Part shown: in pieces, positions 10,248-21,306 of the stretch
How positions within the stretch are numbered: the first letter of the stretch is position 1
Layout of the letters: each line of letters begins with the position of its first letter
Virus record (IMG/VR): IMGVR_UViG_3300036828_000142
Coordinates: 1 to 64,000 of that record
Length of the DNA: 64,000 nucleotides
Source of the DNA: a virus
Strand: one strand, 5' to 3'
The notes under the pieces: model-generated
The model's input: only the letters and a program-made list of their open reading frames with translations
Told to the model about the DNA's origin: nothing
Databases searched by the model: none
Position numbers and translations under genes: made by a program

Positions 10248-11297
10248 GCGGCCCGCCGCCCGCCGATCTGATGGACTGGCCGAAGGCCGAGCTGGTTCGC
10301 GAGCTAGAGCGTCTGCGCGCTGTGATGCGCGAGCACTCCGAGCAACTGCACGATCCGGCGCGCAGCGGCGGCGACAGCGTCGGCGGCTCCCCGCACGGTC
10401 GGGGCGATTCGCTGCTGGACACGCGCGGAGCGGTGCTGCTCGACTACAACGAGGTGATCCTGGTGGACACCAAGCAGGTCGATGTTCCGTCGATGGCGAT
10501 GATTCTGGAGGGGCGCGTCAACTACTCCGCGCAGCGCGTCAAGCAGATGTACCTGTTCGGCCCTGACGGCGCGGCGGGGATCGTGACGCAGTTGTTCGGA
10601 CTCGCTGCGCGTGCTGGCGGGAGGTTCGCGGCAGAGTTCGCAACGTGCGTGGATCAGCGAAGCAAGGAGATGCCGTGAACGACACGCAGATGACGCTGGC
10701 TGGCAACACCGACGCGCAGGTGTGGGCGACCGAGTTCCTGAAGGTCATAGTCGATCAGTCCGTGACGATTGACGAAGGGCTGATGCTCGGCTGGTTCGCG
10801 AACGCGATCATGTCCGGCTACGACGAGGGTGTGCGCGCTGAGCGCAAACGCGGGTTCGATGACCGGGTTCGCGAGATCGCTTACCAGGCGGCTGGCGCGG
10901 GGGCGTGGGCGGTGATGCACGAAGCTCCGCACGTGGTGATGCCCGACCAGGCGGTCACCGAGGGCGTGGAAGCGATCCTCGCCGAGTTTGGTGTCAAGGG
11001 CCACAAGTCCGGCAGCTCGTGTTGCGGCGCGGAGATGCGACTGGAGACGGGCGACGACGGGATGGACTACGGCGTGTGCAGCGCCTGCGGGCGACCGGCG
11101 GACGGGAACGCATGAGCACAGTTAGCGAGCGGCCCGTGCCGACATCGAAGGGCTGCTGGTACTTCATCACGATCACGGAGTGCGTCCTGTGTGGCTATGG
11201 GACGGAGGACCGGGAGCGGCGCACTGACCCTCGTCCTGAGGATTGGAAGGATCGCCACAGGTATGTGCAGGATGCGTGCGGGTGGCATTTCGTATGA
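10244..11297 (+). CDS. Hypothetical proteins (10244-10678, 10675-11115, 11112-11297)
   Basis: Coupled overlaps; 10675 has DAQVWA.EF..MLGWFANAIM.G, recalled as a recurrent phage ORFan. Confidence 0.65.
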
Positions 11298-11752
11298 GCG
11301 ACTACGACAGCCGCCCGGAGACGCGCGAGCACATCGCGAAGGTGCAGGAGCTGCTGGAGGAAGCCATCGGCGATCTGCGCTACCGCCTGGCGATGCACGA
11401 CCTCTCGAAGCTGGAGGAGCCCGAGCTGGCGACCTTCAACGAGTACACCCCGAAGCTGGCCGACAGCACCTACGGCTCCGAGGAGTACCAGCGGTTCCTG
11501 GTTGGGATGGGCGAAGGGTTGAAGCACCACTACGCCGTCAACGACCATCACCCCGAGCACTTTGAGAACGGGATGCGCGACATGGATCTGATCCAGGTGT
11601 TGGAGATGCTCGCCGACTGGAAGGCAGCGACGCTCCGTCACAAGAACGGGAGCTTGCGACGCTCCATCGAGCAGAACGCCGAGCGGTTTGACTACGGCCC
11701 GGAGGTCCGGCTGTTGCTGTTCAACACCGCAAACCGGCTGGGATGGCTGTGA
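11294..11752 (+). CDS. DUF5662-like HD-fold protein
   Basis: H..HDLSKL..HHY..N.HHPEH..MDL..EMLADW. Confidence 0.8.
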   Translation: MSDYDSRPETREHIAKVQELLEEAIGDLRYRLAMHDLSKLEEPELATFNEYTPKLADSTYGSEEYQRFLVGMGEGLKHHYAVNDHHPEHFENGMRDMDLIQVLEMLADWKAATLRHKNGSLRRSIEQNAERFDYGPEVRLLLFNTANRLGWL

Positions 11753-12549
11753 GCTGGCTGCCGTCGATTGCGCTGCTGCTGATGGGCGCGGCCGTGTCGC
11801 AGGACATCGAGCTGCACCTGACCGCCGGGACGATTCTGGTGGTCGTGGCGCTGCTGCTGATCGCGGTCGGGAAGCGAAGCGCATGATCTGCTCGGATTGC
11901 GACGGCACGGGCGTGAGTCACGACCCCGAGTGGCTGGACGACCCGCCGGTCGATACGTGCGCGACGTGCGGCGGCTCAGGAGTCGTATGCCGACCAGGCC
12001 AGCCGGTTCACGACCTCACGCGATACCCCGACGGTGTCGCGGTCTGCACCGTTTGCAAGAAAGTGGTCGAGTTCCCAGGGCGCGAAGGTGAGCCGCCGTC
12101 GGGGACATGGGCTCGGTGGAAAGAGGCTGTACGGATGGCCCATCGACAGCCGCTTCGGGGCAGCGGATGACCTTCACACAGGACCTCGCTCGCGAGCACG
12201 CGCTACGTCGCCTCGACGCTGTTGCCACTGCTTGCACCAGCCCGCCTGTTGTGATCGGCTCGATTCAGGAGTTCCGAGAGCGGTTCGGACCCTGCGACGA
12301 CCGGAGCGCACGGCCGATGCCTCAGCACGGCTCGCGTTGGTACACCGAAAGCCAAGACGAGGAATGGTGGGGCGACGCCTGATGGCCGGTTCGGGATTGC
12401 AGGTGCGGCTGCTGGCGTTCATCGCTGCGCTGCTCGCTGACGCCGTGTTCGTTCGCCGCCAGCCGTGGCCCGTTGTCGTGGGCTGTGTCGCATACCTGCT
12501 GCTGATCCTGCTGCCGATGGCCCACGCGAGCCGAAGGCGCAACCGGTGA
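11749..12549 (+). CDS. Small genes (11749-11886 membrane, 11883-12170 CxxCxGxG zinc finger, 12167-12382, 12382-12549 membrane)
   Basis: Coupled overlaps, hydrophobic segments. Confidence 0.55.
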
Positions 12550-13391
12550 CCTTGGGACGCCAAGCCGAAGGAGGCGCGGATCGTGGAGAGGACGCTCCCA
12601 GCATGCAACGATCCGCGCCGCATCTTGGGTGGCTGGTGTGCGGGCTCAACGGCCACGTTTGGGGCGAGTGGACGACCGCGTCAGCAGTTCCGACCAAAGC
12701 TCGCGAGTGCTCACGCTGCGGCAAGCGCGAGACGTTGTGGCTGAGCACCCACGGCGACCGGCGTGCCGAGGCTCGCGTCCCAGCCGTCGAGTTTGACCCC
12801 GACCGCCCGACCGTGATCCAACGATCCTGGGCCGCGCTGTCGAGGGCGGCACGCTGGTTGGCGGGGTTGGTCGCGGCAGGCGCTCGGATCGTCGCAGGGT
12901 GGCTTACAGCAGCCCGCAGAGCCTCCCGGCCGCACTGGGAGTACGCGAAATACGTCGCCCGGCACAAGCGGTTCGTGTACGTCGCCGGTCGCCAGCTCAA
13001 AGCGCCGTGGTGGCGGCTCGTGATCCACGACCGCTCGAAGCTGAGCCGCGCGGAGTGGGGGCCGTACGTTCGCATGTTCTACCGCCCCGACATCCCACGC
13101 CGCGAGAAGCAGGCGGCGTTTGACAAGGCGTGGCTGCACCACCAGCATCACAACCCACACCACTGGCAGCACTGGCGGCTAGCCCAAGATGACGGCGAGC
13201 TGATCGTCCTGGAGATGCCGGAGAAGTTCGCTCGCGAGATGGTCGCGGACTGGTGCGGCGCGGGCCGCGCGATCACCGGCCGCTGGGACGCGCAGGGGTG
13301 GTATGCGTCCGGTGCTGGCGGCAAGATGGAGCTGCATCCCGCCACCCGCAAGCTGGTGGAACGACTACTGACCGAGGAGAGCCCACAATGA
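12546..13391 (+). CDS. Second DUF5662-like HD-fold protein with N-terminal zinc-finger-like extension
   Basis: RHK..HDRSKLS..AWLHHQHHNPHHWQHW..EMVADW; start uncertain. Confidence 0.75.
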   Translation: MTLGRQAEGGADRGEDAPSMQRSAPHLGWLVCGLNGHVWGEWTTASAVPTKARECSRCGKRETLWLSTHGDRRAEARVPAVEFDPDRPTVIQRSWAALSRAARWLAGLVAAGARIVAGWLTAARRASRPHWEYAKYVARHKRFVYVAGRQLKAPWWRLVIHDRSKLSRAEWGPYVRMFYRPDIPRREKQAAFDKAWLHHQHHNPHHWQHWRLAQDDGELIVLEMPEKFAREMVADWCGAGRAITGRWDAQGWYASGAGGKMELHPATRKLVERLLTEESPQ

Positions 13392-13804
13392 GTGCCAAGT
13401 GCGTGTTCGAGGACGAAGCCATCTCGGTGGACAACGACTACCGCTGGGTGAAGGCCGCGTGGGAGAAGATCACCCGCAACGGAGCAGGCGGCACGCACGC
13501 GATCCGGCTGGCGGACCGAACCGCTGAGCGCTACGCCTGCCGCTGGTGCATCGACAAGCGCGCCGTGGCCCACGTGCAGCACACCGACGTGCCGAAGGAC
13601 TGCCGCTGCATGTTCTGCGACGGCGCGATCACCATTGCGACCGACTACCGCGAGGTGTCCGGGTGGGAGCGTCTGTGGCGCGGCGGCGCTGGCGGTACGA
13701 ACGGGCTGCGGCTGCGAGTCACGTTGGGGCGCTACGCCTGCCATGAGTGCATCGACAAACAGGCGGACGGCGTGGCGGCGGAGCAGCAGGCGCTCGCGAT
13801 ATAG
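13388..13804 (+). CDS. Cys-rich protein with an internally duplicated zinc-binding module
   Basis: Two copies of CxF..I..DY....WE....GAGGT...RL......YAC..CIDK. Confidence 0.7.
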   Translation: MSAKCVFEDEAISVDNDYRWVKAAWEKITRNGAGGTHAIRLADRTAERYACRWCIDKRAVAHVQHTDVPKDCRCMFCDGAITIATDYREVSGWERLWRGGAGGTNGLRLRVTLGRYACHECIDKQADGVAAEQQALAI

Positions 13805-13820
13805 CGCCTAACGTGCGCTA
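13802..13820. promoter_or_regulatory. 19-bp palindromic operator overlapping an extended -10
   Basis: TAGCGC-CTAACGT-GCGCTA followed by AGCT, a 5' hairpin and a GACCGAGGAG RBS. Confidence 0.75.
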
Positions 13821-13861
13821 AGCTGTCAGGAATCTGACGGCCCGAACGACCGAGGAGATAC

Positions 13862-14302
13862 ATGACCGTTCTGCAACTAGCTGATGGCGTGCGCTGGTAC
13901 GTCGAGGCTCGCGAGTATCCGTCGGCGCTGATGGCCAAGCGCGCGTGGGAGCTTGCAGAGCGCAAGCTGACCCGCCGACCCGGCGACGAGGGCGTCGGCG
14001 TAACGCGCCTGGGCCCAAACCCCGAGTCGGGGGCGATCCCGTCCGGGATGCACCCACCGAAGCCTGCGGTGATCGTCGTGACTCGCTCAGAGCACATGCT
14101 GAAGCAGGCGCAGCGGCTGCTCGGCGGCGAGGCGTGGGAACCGGCGCATCTGCTGTTGGCTGCGCTGATCAGCCGTCGTGTTGAGATCGAGAAGATCGAG
14201 AAGCAGGGTGGTGGTCGTGTGATCCTGCGGCGACCGGAGGGCAAGGGCGCGCGGATCTTCACGGACGGCAGCGTGGTCGAGCAGCCGCCGGGGCAAGGGT
14301 GA
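13862..14302 (+). CDS. Hypothetical protein
   Basis: Strong RBS, first gene of a cassette. Confidence 0.75.
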   Translation: MTVLQLADGVRWYVEAREYPSALMAKRAWELAERKLTRRPGDEGVGVTRLGPNPESGAIPSGMHPPKPAVIVVTRSEHMLKQAQRLLGGEAWEPAHLLLAALISRRVEIEKIEKQGGGRVILRRPEGKGARIFTDGSVVEQPPGQG

Positions 14303-14622
14303 AGCCGTGCGCGTCGTGCCCGTGGCGTGTTGACGCGCACTCGGACGCGATCCCAGGGTTCAATCTCGCGCTCGCCGAGGAACTGGACAGGACGCTTGGC
14401 GATCAGCTAGGAGCGCCGATGATGGCGTGCCACGGCAGCCACCAAGACCGCGAGGTGATCTGCGTCGGCTGGCTGTGGCGCTACGGCTGGGACAACATCG
14501 GCGTGCGGCTGAAGCTGATGCGCGGCGACCTACGGCCCGAGGACCTCGAACCTGACGACAGCATCGAGCTGCACGCGACGTTCGAGGAGTTCATCGCGAA
14601 GCTCCGCGACGACGAGGGCTGA
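14299..14622 (+). CDS. DUF6283-like Cys-rich protein
   Basis: PCASCPWR...MACH...ICVGWL. Confidence 0.65.
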   Translation: MKPCASCPWRVDAHSDAIPGFNLALAEELDRTLGDQLGAPMMACHGSHQDREVICVGWLWRYGWDNIGVRLKLMRGDLRPEDLEPDDSIELHATFEEFIAKLRDDEG

Positions 14623-14627
14623 GCGCA

Positions 14628-14670
14628 CGCCGCCCCACCAGTGTGATCAGCACTACAGGGTGGGGCGGCG
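14628..14670. terminator. Bidirectional hairpin terminator between convergent genes
   Basis: CGCCGCCCCACC...GGTGGGGCGGCG 12-bp perfect stem. Confidence 0.75.
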
Positions 14671-14679
14671 CAGCACATC

Positions 14680-15270
14680 CTACGCTGGACGCCAGGTCAC
14701 GTCACAGAGCCCGCCGCACCCGAGCGCATCCTTCAGATTGACGTTCAGATCGAACGTCCGACCGGCGACGTACGGCCCGTGGTCATCCATCGTCGCGGTC
14801 ACGCATGTCGAACCGTTGCAGATCACGATGCGCGCTCCGCACGGCAGGATCAACGACGCGAACTGATACCCCGACTGCGCCGGAGCGCCGCACGCGCCGG
14901 TGCCGGACAGGTCGTAGTAGCTCGCGAGCGCCGACTGCATCGCCGGAGCGGGAGCAGGCGCGGGATCTGCCGCTGGCTGGTTCGGGACGAAGTGGTGCGC
15001 CACGTGTGTGGCTGCCGGGTAGGCGACCGGTCCGATCATCCGGTGCAGCACGCTCGTGGACGTAAGCACCCGCTCGTCGGTCGGCGGTTCGTGGCAGGTG
15101 CGGTTCGCGCCCATCAGCTTGCAACCGGCGGCGCGGAGGCCGAGCTGCTGAACCACGTGCGCGTAGGCGTGGTAGTAGGCGTGCTTCTGGGTGTGTGAGA
15201 GGCGCGCGTTCGCGGCTCCAGGCACAGCGACGGCCAGCATGATGCTGGCCGCGAGAGTCAAGCGTTTCAT
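14680..15270 (-). CDS. Secreted RlpA-like (double-psi beta-barrel) putative lytic transglycosylase
   Basis: Signal peptide MKRLTLAASIMLAVAVPGAANA; ASYY..TGACG..LPCG..V....DDHGPYVAGRTFDL. Confidence 0.85.
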   Translation of the reverse strand: MKRLTLAASIMLAVAVPGAANARLSHTQKHAYYHAYAHVVQQLGLRAAGCKLMGANRTCHEPPTDERVLTSTSVLHRMIGPVAYPAATHVAHHFVPNQPAADPAPAPAPAMQSALASYYDLSGTGACGAPAQSGYQFASLILPCGARIVICNGSTCVTATMDDHGPYVAGRTFDLNVNLKDALGCGGLCDVTWRPA

Positions 15271-15414
15271 TCGACTCCTGACGGTCTGAGGTCACTGATC
15301 AGCAGCCTGGGTGTAGGCCCTCTACTCGCTTACGTTCGAGGCACCCGAGCTACATGGCCGTGTGGTGCGGCTCCTTTCGTGTGGCTAAACGGCCGATAAC
15401 GAAGCGCCGCACTC

Positions 15415-15433
15415 TATCACCAGTTGTGCGCTA
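15415..15433. promoter_or_regulatory. Degenerate operator palindrome overlapping divergent -10 elements
   Basis: TATCAC-N7-GCGCTA; TGATAGAGT on the minus strand, GCTATGCT on the plus strand. Confidence 0.55.
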
Positions 15434-15466
15434 TGCTCCAAACCGATTCCGACCGGGAGGAGAGAG

Positions 15467-16459
15467 ATGCCGCCGAAGCCGAAGCAGCGTGTCCATGCGA
15501 CAGACGGCCAAGGCCGACCGACTGACGTGACGTTCACCGGCGACTCTGCGTTGCAGTGCCCGGCGTGCCTCAGCGATCAGGTTGAGTCCATCGGCGCTGT
15601 TGGTTTCGTGCCGGTCGGCGACTCGCTGAACCCGGATGCTCCGGTGCGCCGGATGCGCTGCCGGGCGTGCGGTGGGCGTTGGTGGAGGCCGGGGCTGTGA
15701 TGGACGAGTCCAAGATCCCCGCGATCCACCGCTACCACCCGTGCATCTGGGCGTTCAAATGCCCAACGTGCCGAGCCCGTGTCGGTGAGCAGTGCGTCGG
15801 CGGCGAGACACACAAGCGGCGGATCAACCTGGGTGACGGGCGACCGCCGAAGCCGATCAAGGGCGATGTCGGGTCCGTGCGTGACATTCCAGGCGGCGCG
15901 TTTGAGATGAACCGCAGGCGGCACTGATGACCCGCCGGTTCTACGCCAGCCACCGTCGAGCGTGGACGCCGCGCTTCTGGCCGAACGCTCTGCTAAGCAC
16001 AGCGGTCGTGCTTAGCACCCTGACGTTCGCGAGCCTGACGCCGCTCGAAGGGGTCGCGGCCGGGTTCGGCGTCGGGGTCGTGTTCGGTGTGGGACGCTGG
16101 GAGCTGTGGAAGTGGATGCACCCCGTGATCGAGCCCGCCGAGTACATCTCCGATCTGCGCCGCAACGCGCACCTGAACTGATGCCTCAACCGCCAGCGAT
16201 GAGAGCGGCTGAGCGCGTGATTGCCGACTTGACCGCCGAGAACGAGCGGCTGAAAACAGAGGCCGTATGGCTGAACCAGTTCGTGCGCTGGGTTGCGGGC
16301 CACAAGTTGATCGACGGCGTGTACGCCGACGACGAGCACCCGTACGAGGAATGGGTCACGCCGGACGGTGACGAGGAGGACTTCAACAACACGCACGACC
16401 GCGCGGTGGAGTTGTTGAGATTGCTTGAGGTATCGGCCCGTCAGCAGAGCAGTGAGTGA
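15467..16459 (+). CDS. Small hypothetical genes (15467-15700 zinc ribbon, 15700-15927 zinc finger, 15927-16181 membrane, 16181-16459)
   Basis: TGATG-coupled ORFs. Confidence 0.6.
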
Positions 16460-16917
16460 TGGCGTTTAGACAGACCGGCATCTGCGTGGAGTGTGGTAAC
16501 GAGCGCCGGATCAAGGCTCGTGGTCTGTGCGGTGCCTGCTACAACCGCGACTGGGCTAGGGACCACAAGGACGAGTACCAAGCCAGCAACCGGCGCTGGA
16601 AGGCTGCGAACTACGACAAGGTGCTGGAGGAGCGGCAGCAGCGGATACGCGACCCAGCGAAGCGCAGGGCACATGTGGCGGTGCAGCACGCCATTGAGGA
16701 GGGTCGCTTACAGCGCCAGTCGTGCAGGATCTGCGGGGCCGAACTAGCCGAGGCGCACCACGCCGACTACTCCAAGCCACTTGAAGTAGATTGGCTCTGC
16801 CCTCTGTGCCACGTAGCTGAGCACGTTCGCTTACGAGATGTTGCCCGGTCAGCAGGGCAACGGACGGATGGGAACCGTCTAGGCGGGGTTAGGGTGATGA
16901 ACCGAGATGAAGGCTGA
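16456..16917 (+). CDS. HNH-like endonuclease-domain protein
   Basis: ARGLCGACY; CRICG...EAHHADYSKPLEVDWLCPLCH. Confidence 0.75.
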   Translation: MMAFRQTGICVECGNERRIKARGLCGACYNRDWARDHKDEYQASNRRWKAANYDKVLEERQQRIRDPAKRRAHVAVQHAIEEGRLQRQSCRICGAELAEAHHADYSKPLEVDWLCPLCHVAEHVRLRDVARSAGQRTDGNRLGGVRVMNRDEG

Positions 16918-17976
16918 CCGCTCTCCCGGCGAAGCCCGCCCCGCTGCTACCGCTGACGACACTGTGGTCTTCCGGATGCCGGAGATGGATGCCACGCTGT
17001 CCGACGTGCCGCCGAGACAGCCGCGCCGCCTGGGTAGACGCGCCAGTCGCAGGCGTTGGGAAGGGTTCAGCAGCGTCGAGGTGTACTGCCTGCTCGACAT
17101 CCTCAAGGAGCTGGATCGTCGCCACCAGTTCGCTCGTGGGATCGAGCCCGAGCGGTCGCTGATGGCGGAGCTTGAACGCGAATGCCGACGGCGTGGGATC
17201 GTCGGCGAGGATGAGTAGCTGTGAGCGAGTCGCTGACGGTCACGCACTGGCGCGAACGCGCGCAACGCGCCGAGGCGCAGCTAACCCGGCAGAAGGAAGA
17301 CTCGTTCCGGGTGCTCGTCAGCCAGCGAATCGAGCTTGAGGCCGAGATCCCGTTGACGGACGCGGAACGCCGGGCTGTGCTGCACGCCATCGACCGGATG
17401 CTGTGGCTGCATGCGCGCGATCCCGAGCGCGACGTGCTTGAGGCCGGTCGCAGAAAGATCGCCGAGCCGAACACGCTCAGGAAGTTCGTCAATGGCCGAT
17501 GAGGACAAGGGCTGGGTGATCGCCGAGCAGGTCTGGGGCGACGGGACACGCGAACGCCAACGCCGCGTGCTGGTCGTGTACCGCGCGAACGGCGGAACAG
17601 CCGACAGCGAAGGACCGGCGCTCTACTCGCGCGAGGAGGTTGAGGAGTTCATCGCTGACCTTCGCGCCGCTGCTGAGGGGCTGTGGTGATGCTCGTCATC
17701 GAGGTGTGGAACGGCTACTGCTGGAAGGTCGTGGGGCGGATGAAACCGGGGGTGCGGCACACCGTGCTTGATCACAACCGAGGGGTGCTGCTGCACCTCG
17801 TGATCGAGCCGGAGCGCACCACGGTCCGCGCCACCACCGAGCCGTACGAGGTGCTGCTCGAACTGGGCCCGGCCGACGAGCCGTGGGAGCGTCTGCTGCG
17901 CGCGAACTGGATGCCCGAGTCGATGCTCTGCCGCCTGCATCACCAGAAGCAAAAGATTCACACGCCTCCAGTCTGA
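16907..17976 (+). CDS. Hypothetical genes (16907-17218, 17221-17502, 17492-17689, 17689-17976)
   Basis: Tightly packed co-oriented ORFs. Confidence 0.6.
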
Positions 17977-18186
17977 GAGCGGTAAGCTGCCCCGGCCGCG
18001 AGAGCACCGTGGCAACTCTGAATAGCTGACTAGTACCACTGTCTGTGTGTCGAGTGGTGAACGTCTGGGTGCACAGACAAAGTGGCGGGATTGGAGGGGG
18101 CCGATAGCTGAGGTTTCGGGGCAGGACCAAGTAGTCCGGGGGATGTAGGACCAACAGTCCGGGGGAAACCAAATCGAAAGGGCAAG

Positions 18187-18969
18187 ATGAACCTGAAGCA
18201 CAATCTCAGGCTGCTCCTGGTTGGAGTAGTCAGCACTGGCGTGATCGTGGCCGGTGTCGCGAGCGCGGACGCGCATACCACCGCCCATCACAAGGCCGCA
18301 GTCGCTCACAAGACCTTCAAGGGACCGAAGGGTGATCGTGGTCCAGCGGGTCCTCCCGGCCCCGCAGGTCCGAAGGGTGACACTGGTCCCGCAGGTCCGG
18401 CAGGCCCGGCAGGTCCGGCGGGCGCGATGGGGCTGATTGGTCCAGTCGGTCCAGTCGGTCCGGCAGGCGGAATCGGTCCGGTTGGTCCGGCGGGCCCCGC
18501 AGGTCCAGCAGGTCCGAAGGGTGATACCGGCGCGGCTGGTCCAGCAGGTCCGCAGGGCGCTACCGGTCCGGCAGGCCCGAGCAACACCTCGGAGTTCACG
18601 TTCAAGGGCGACACCAGCACGCCGACCACGCTCGTGTCAATGGACGATGGCGTGAAGCTGAACGCCTCGTGTGACGCGCTTGGGCGTGTGACGCTGATCG
18701 CCGTGGCGACGAACGTCGCACCGGGCATTCTGACTGAGCGTGACGGGCTGAACTTCAACATCACGCCGAGGTTCGGCACCGCGAACACCACCGCTGTCGT
18801 GCTGCTCTCGCCGCTCAGCTCGGCAAGCTCACGCGCTGACGTGACGGTGCACTACGTCTCCAACGCAGGACAGGACACCACCATCAACGTCGCAGCGGTC
18901 GATCTGGCCGACGGGCCGAACGGCCTGAGCGAGGCTTGCGTCGTGTTCGGAACGGCAACCACGTTCTGA
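18187..18969 (+). CDS. Secreted collagen-like protein
   Basis: Signal peptide, about 29 Gly-X-Y triplets, beta-rich C-terminal domain; own leader and terminator. Confidence 0.85.
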   Translation: MNLKHNLRLLLVGVVSTGVIVAGVASADAHTTAHHKAAVAHKTFKGPKGDRGPAGPPGPAGPKGDTGPAGPAGPAGPAGAMGLIGPVGPVGPAGGIGPVGPAGPAGPAGPKGDTGAAGPAGPQGATGPAGPSNTSEFTFKGDTSTPTTLVSMDDGVKLNASCDALGRVTLIAVATNVAPGILTERDGLNFNITPRFGTANTTAVVLLSPLSSASSRADVTVHYVSNAGQDTTINVAAVDLADGPNGLSEACVVFGTATTF

Positions 18970-18980
18970 GCAAATGACCC

Positions 18981-19017
18981 CGACCCCCAGGATGCAAGTG
19001 GACCTTCCTGGGGGTCG
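18981..19017 (+). terminator. Hairpin terminator
   Basis: CGACCCCCAGGA...TCCTGGGGGTCG. Confidence 0.7.
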
Positions 19018-19218
19018 CGTGGTCGCCGACTGAGCGGTAGGGTCCAGCGCGTTGGATGAGCGCTACAACACCACAGCGAGGGACGGGGCTCTGCTGTGGC
19101 GCGAGTCGCGAATGACCGTGGACGGACGCTGGGTGTGGCGGTGGATCAGCGAGTGGAAGCCCCGGCCCGAGCAGCAGCACCGCACGATCTTGATACCGGT
19201 CGCGGAGGAGCGCACGAC

Positions 19219-19854
19219 GTGAGCAGCATGCGGCTGTTCTACTCGCCGCTGGACGAGGAGACGGACCGCCACCAAGCGCGCGTCTACCGCGCCCTGTTCC
19301 AATGCCGCTGCCGGTGTTGCGGACGGTTCGCGAGAGAGCGGCTGTTGCAGTTCGGCGCGATCTGCGACTACTGCGTCTACGAGGACCAGCGCCCTGCGAT
19401 CAGACAGAAAGTGGAGCAGGCTCGTCGGTGGTGGAAACTGGTCGGCCGTGATACTGCCTGACCGATCACGCCGTCTGTAGCGTTACCATGCCGCACAAAT
19501 GGCGCTGGGCGACGCAACTCCCAGAGAGGGGTAGAGGGGACGGGCGCGGTGCTGGAAAGAGGTCTTGCGGCTGACTTGCCGCGAGGTCATCCCGACGAGT
19601 TCACAGGGTTGGCGATGACACCGGCAGAGCAGATTCGCGTCCTCTTGCAGCGCAAAAAGTCGCAGGGGATCACCGACTGGCAGGTTGTCTGGCCGTGGGC
19701 TGTCGCGCGGATACGCTGGCCGCACGACCGTGACGAGCGGCACGAGTGGAAGCTCACGATCCAGTGGGCGGAGCCCGCGTACCACTCCGCGTTCGAGGGC
19801 AGGCTGTGGGTCGTGGACATGGGCGCGCTGATCGTCTACCCAGTCACCCTGTAA
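19219..19854 (+). CDS. Hypothetical genes (19219-19461 Cys-rich; 19549/19615-19854)
   Basis: GGAGGAG RBS before 19219; WPHDRDERHEWK motif in the second gene. Confidence 0.55.
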
Positions 19855-19903
19855 GCCTAAGTCGTGTGCTATCCTCGGGGGAAACCTGACCGAGGAGGAT
19901 GCA

Positions 19904-21246
19904 GTGACCAAAGACGAGATGATCGACGCCGCCGTCGCGGTGGTCGAGCAAGAAGCTCGGGAGGCGTTAGCCAAACCGAGGCCGATGACCAACGACGGGT
20001 TCGTTACAGCCCACGCTGTCGCGAGCAAGCTCGTAGCAGCAGGCGTGATCACCCACGACCGTCTGGACAGCAAGGGCATGTGGGAGCGCGAGGCTGCCCG
20101 CAAGTCGGTGGACGGCAAAGCCAAGCGTCTGCTTGACGCCGAGGCCGCGAAGCCGAACGCTCGCGTCCGGCGGTTCTCGTCCACGAAGGACGCGCCGCCC
20201 CGGCTGACGGGCACGCGCGGCAGGGGCTACGGCAGAGAGGTGACGTACACCTCAGCCGAGCTACTCGCCAAGGCGGAGGAAGTGACCGTGCAGGCCGAAG
20301 CGAAGGATCAGGCCGACGAGCTACGGATGGACAACGCGCTCGAACAAGCAGCGGCGCTGGGACTGCCCGCCGGTCGAGCCCGAGCGCTGACGATCACGTT
20401 CACCGTGGACGAGTTCGTGACGCTGCTCCAGAAGGTGGTGAGCGGCTGATGTCGCACGACTATCACGAAGGGCTTGAGAACTACGACGCCCGCCAGATCC
20501 TTCACGACCGCTGCAAAGAGTGCGAGCACCGAGGCAAGGACCTCGTGATGGCGCTCGCGCACATGGACAACAACACGTTCGCGAAGGCGTGGAAACGCGC
20601 CTACGACTGGCTGGCATCCACCGGCGACTACGACGCCGTGGGTCCGGTCAGCTTCGCCGAGGTGGACCTCCTGAACGTGCTGTGGGGCGTGCAGGTGCAG
20701 CTAGAGCGACGCGGGGTGCCGCTGACCGGCCAGCCGCCGACCGGAGCGCGCGATGCCTCTGCGTGACCAGGACGGCAGCCCGACCAACAGCGTCGGTGTC
20801 GTGATCCCCGACGGCGTGACCATCGTCCGCATCGAGGTCCGGCACGCCCAGATCAGCTTCTACGACGCCGAGGGTCGCGAGGCGCTGCTCGTCCAACGCC
20901 ACGAGTATCCCGGTGCGGGGCTCGCACTCCAGTTGGCCGACCACGTGAAGGTGGCGGAACAATGACCGTCGTGGGGCATGGCACCGCCCAGTACGACGAC
21001 GCCCAGGCCGAACGTCAACGCCGCCGCGCGCCGGAGCCGGGGCCGGTCGAGCCCGAGCTTGAGCCGATCCCAAAGCCATCACGCCGGGTTGGGCAGACCG
21101 CCCAGAAGACCGGGTACGCCTCGCTGGGATGTGGGTTCTGGATCGTCACGCCGATCCTGGTGACGCTCGGGATCGTGGTGGACGCTCGCATCCTGTGGAT
21201 CGGGATGATCGCCTACGGGCTGCTCGTCGGAATGACCCGCAAATAG
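19904..21246 (+). CDS. Cassette of hypothetical genes (19904-20449, 20449-20766, 20753-20965, 20962-21246 membrane)
   Basis: Operator/-10 at 19853-19876, GACCGAGGAG RBS, coupled ORFs. Confidence 0.65.
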
Positions 21247-21306
21247 CGGCAAGAACGCACGACGAGCGCTAGCAGACGCTCGCAATCCTGGGAGACTGTG
21301 GGTCTG

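Noticed and set aside
15271-15405. c-di-AMP (ydaO) riboswitch upstream of the RlpA gene
   Set aside because: Consensus segments (GCUGAAUCC, GGGGAACC, CAGCUAAC) not seen on either strand
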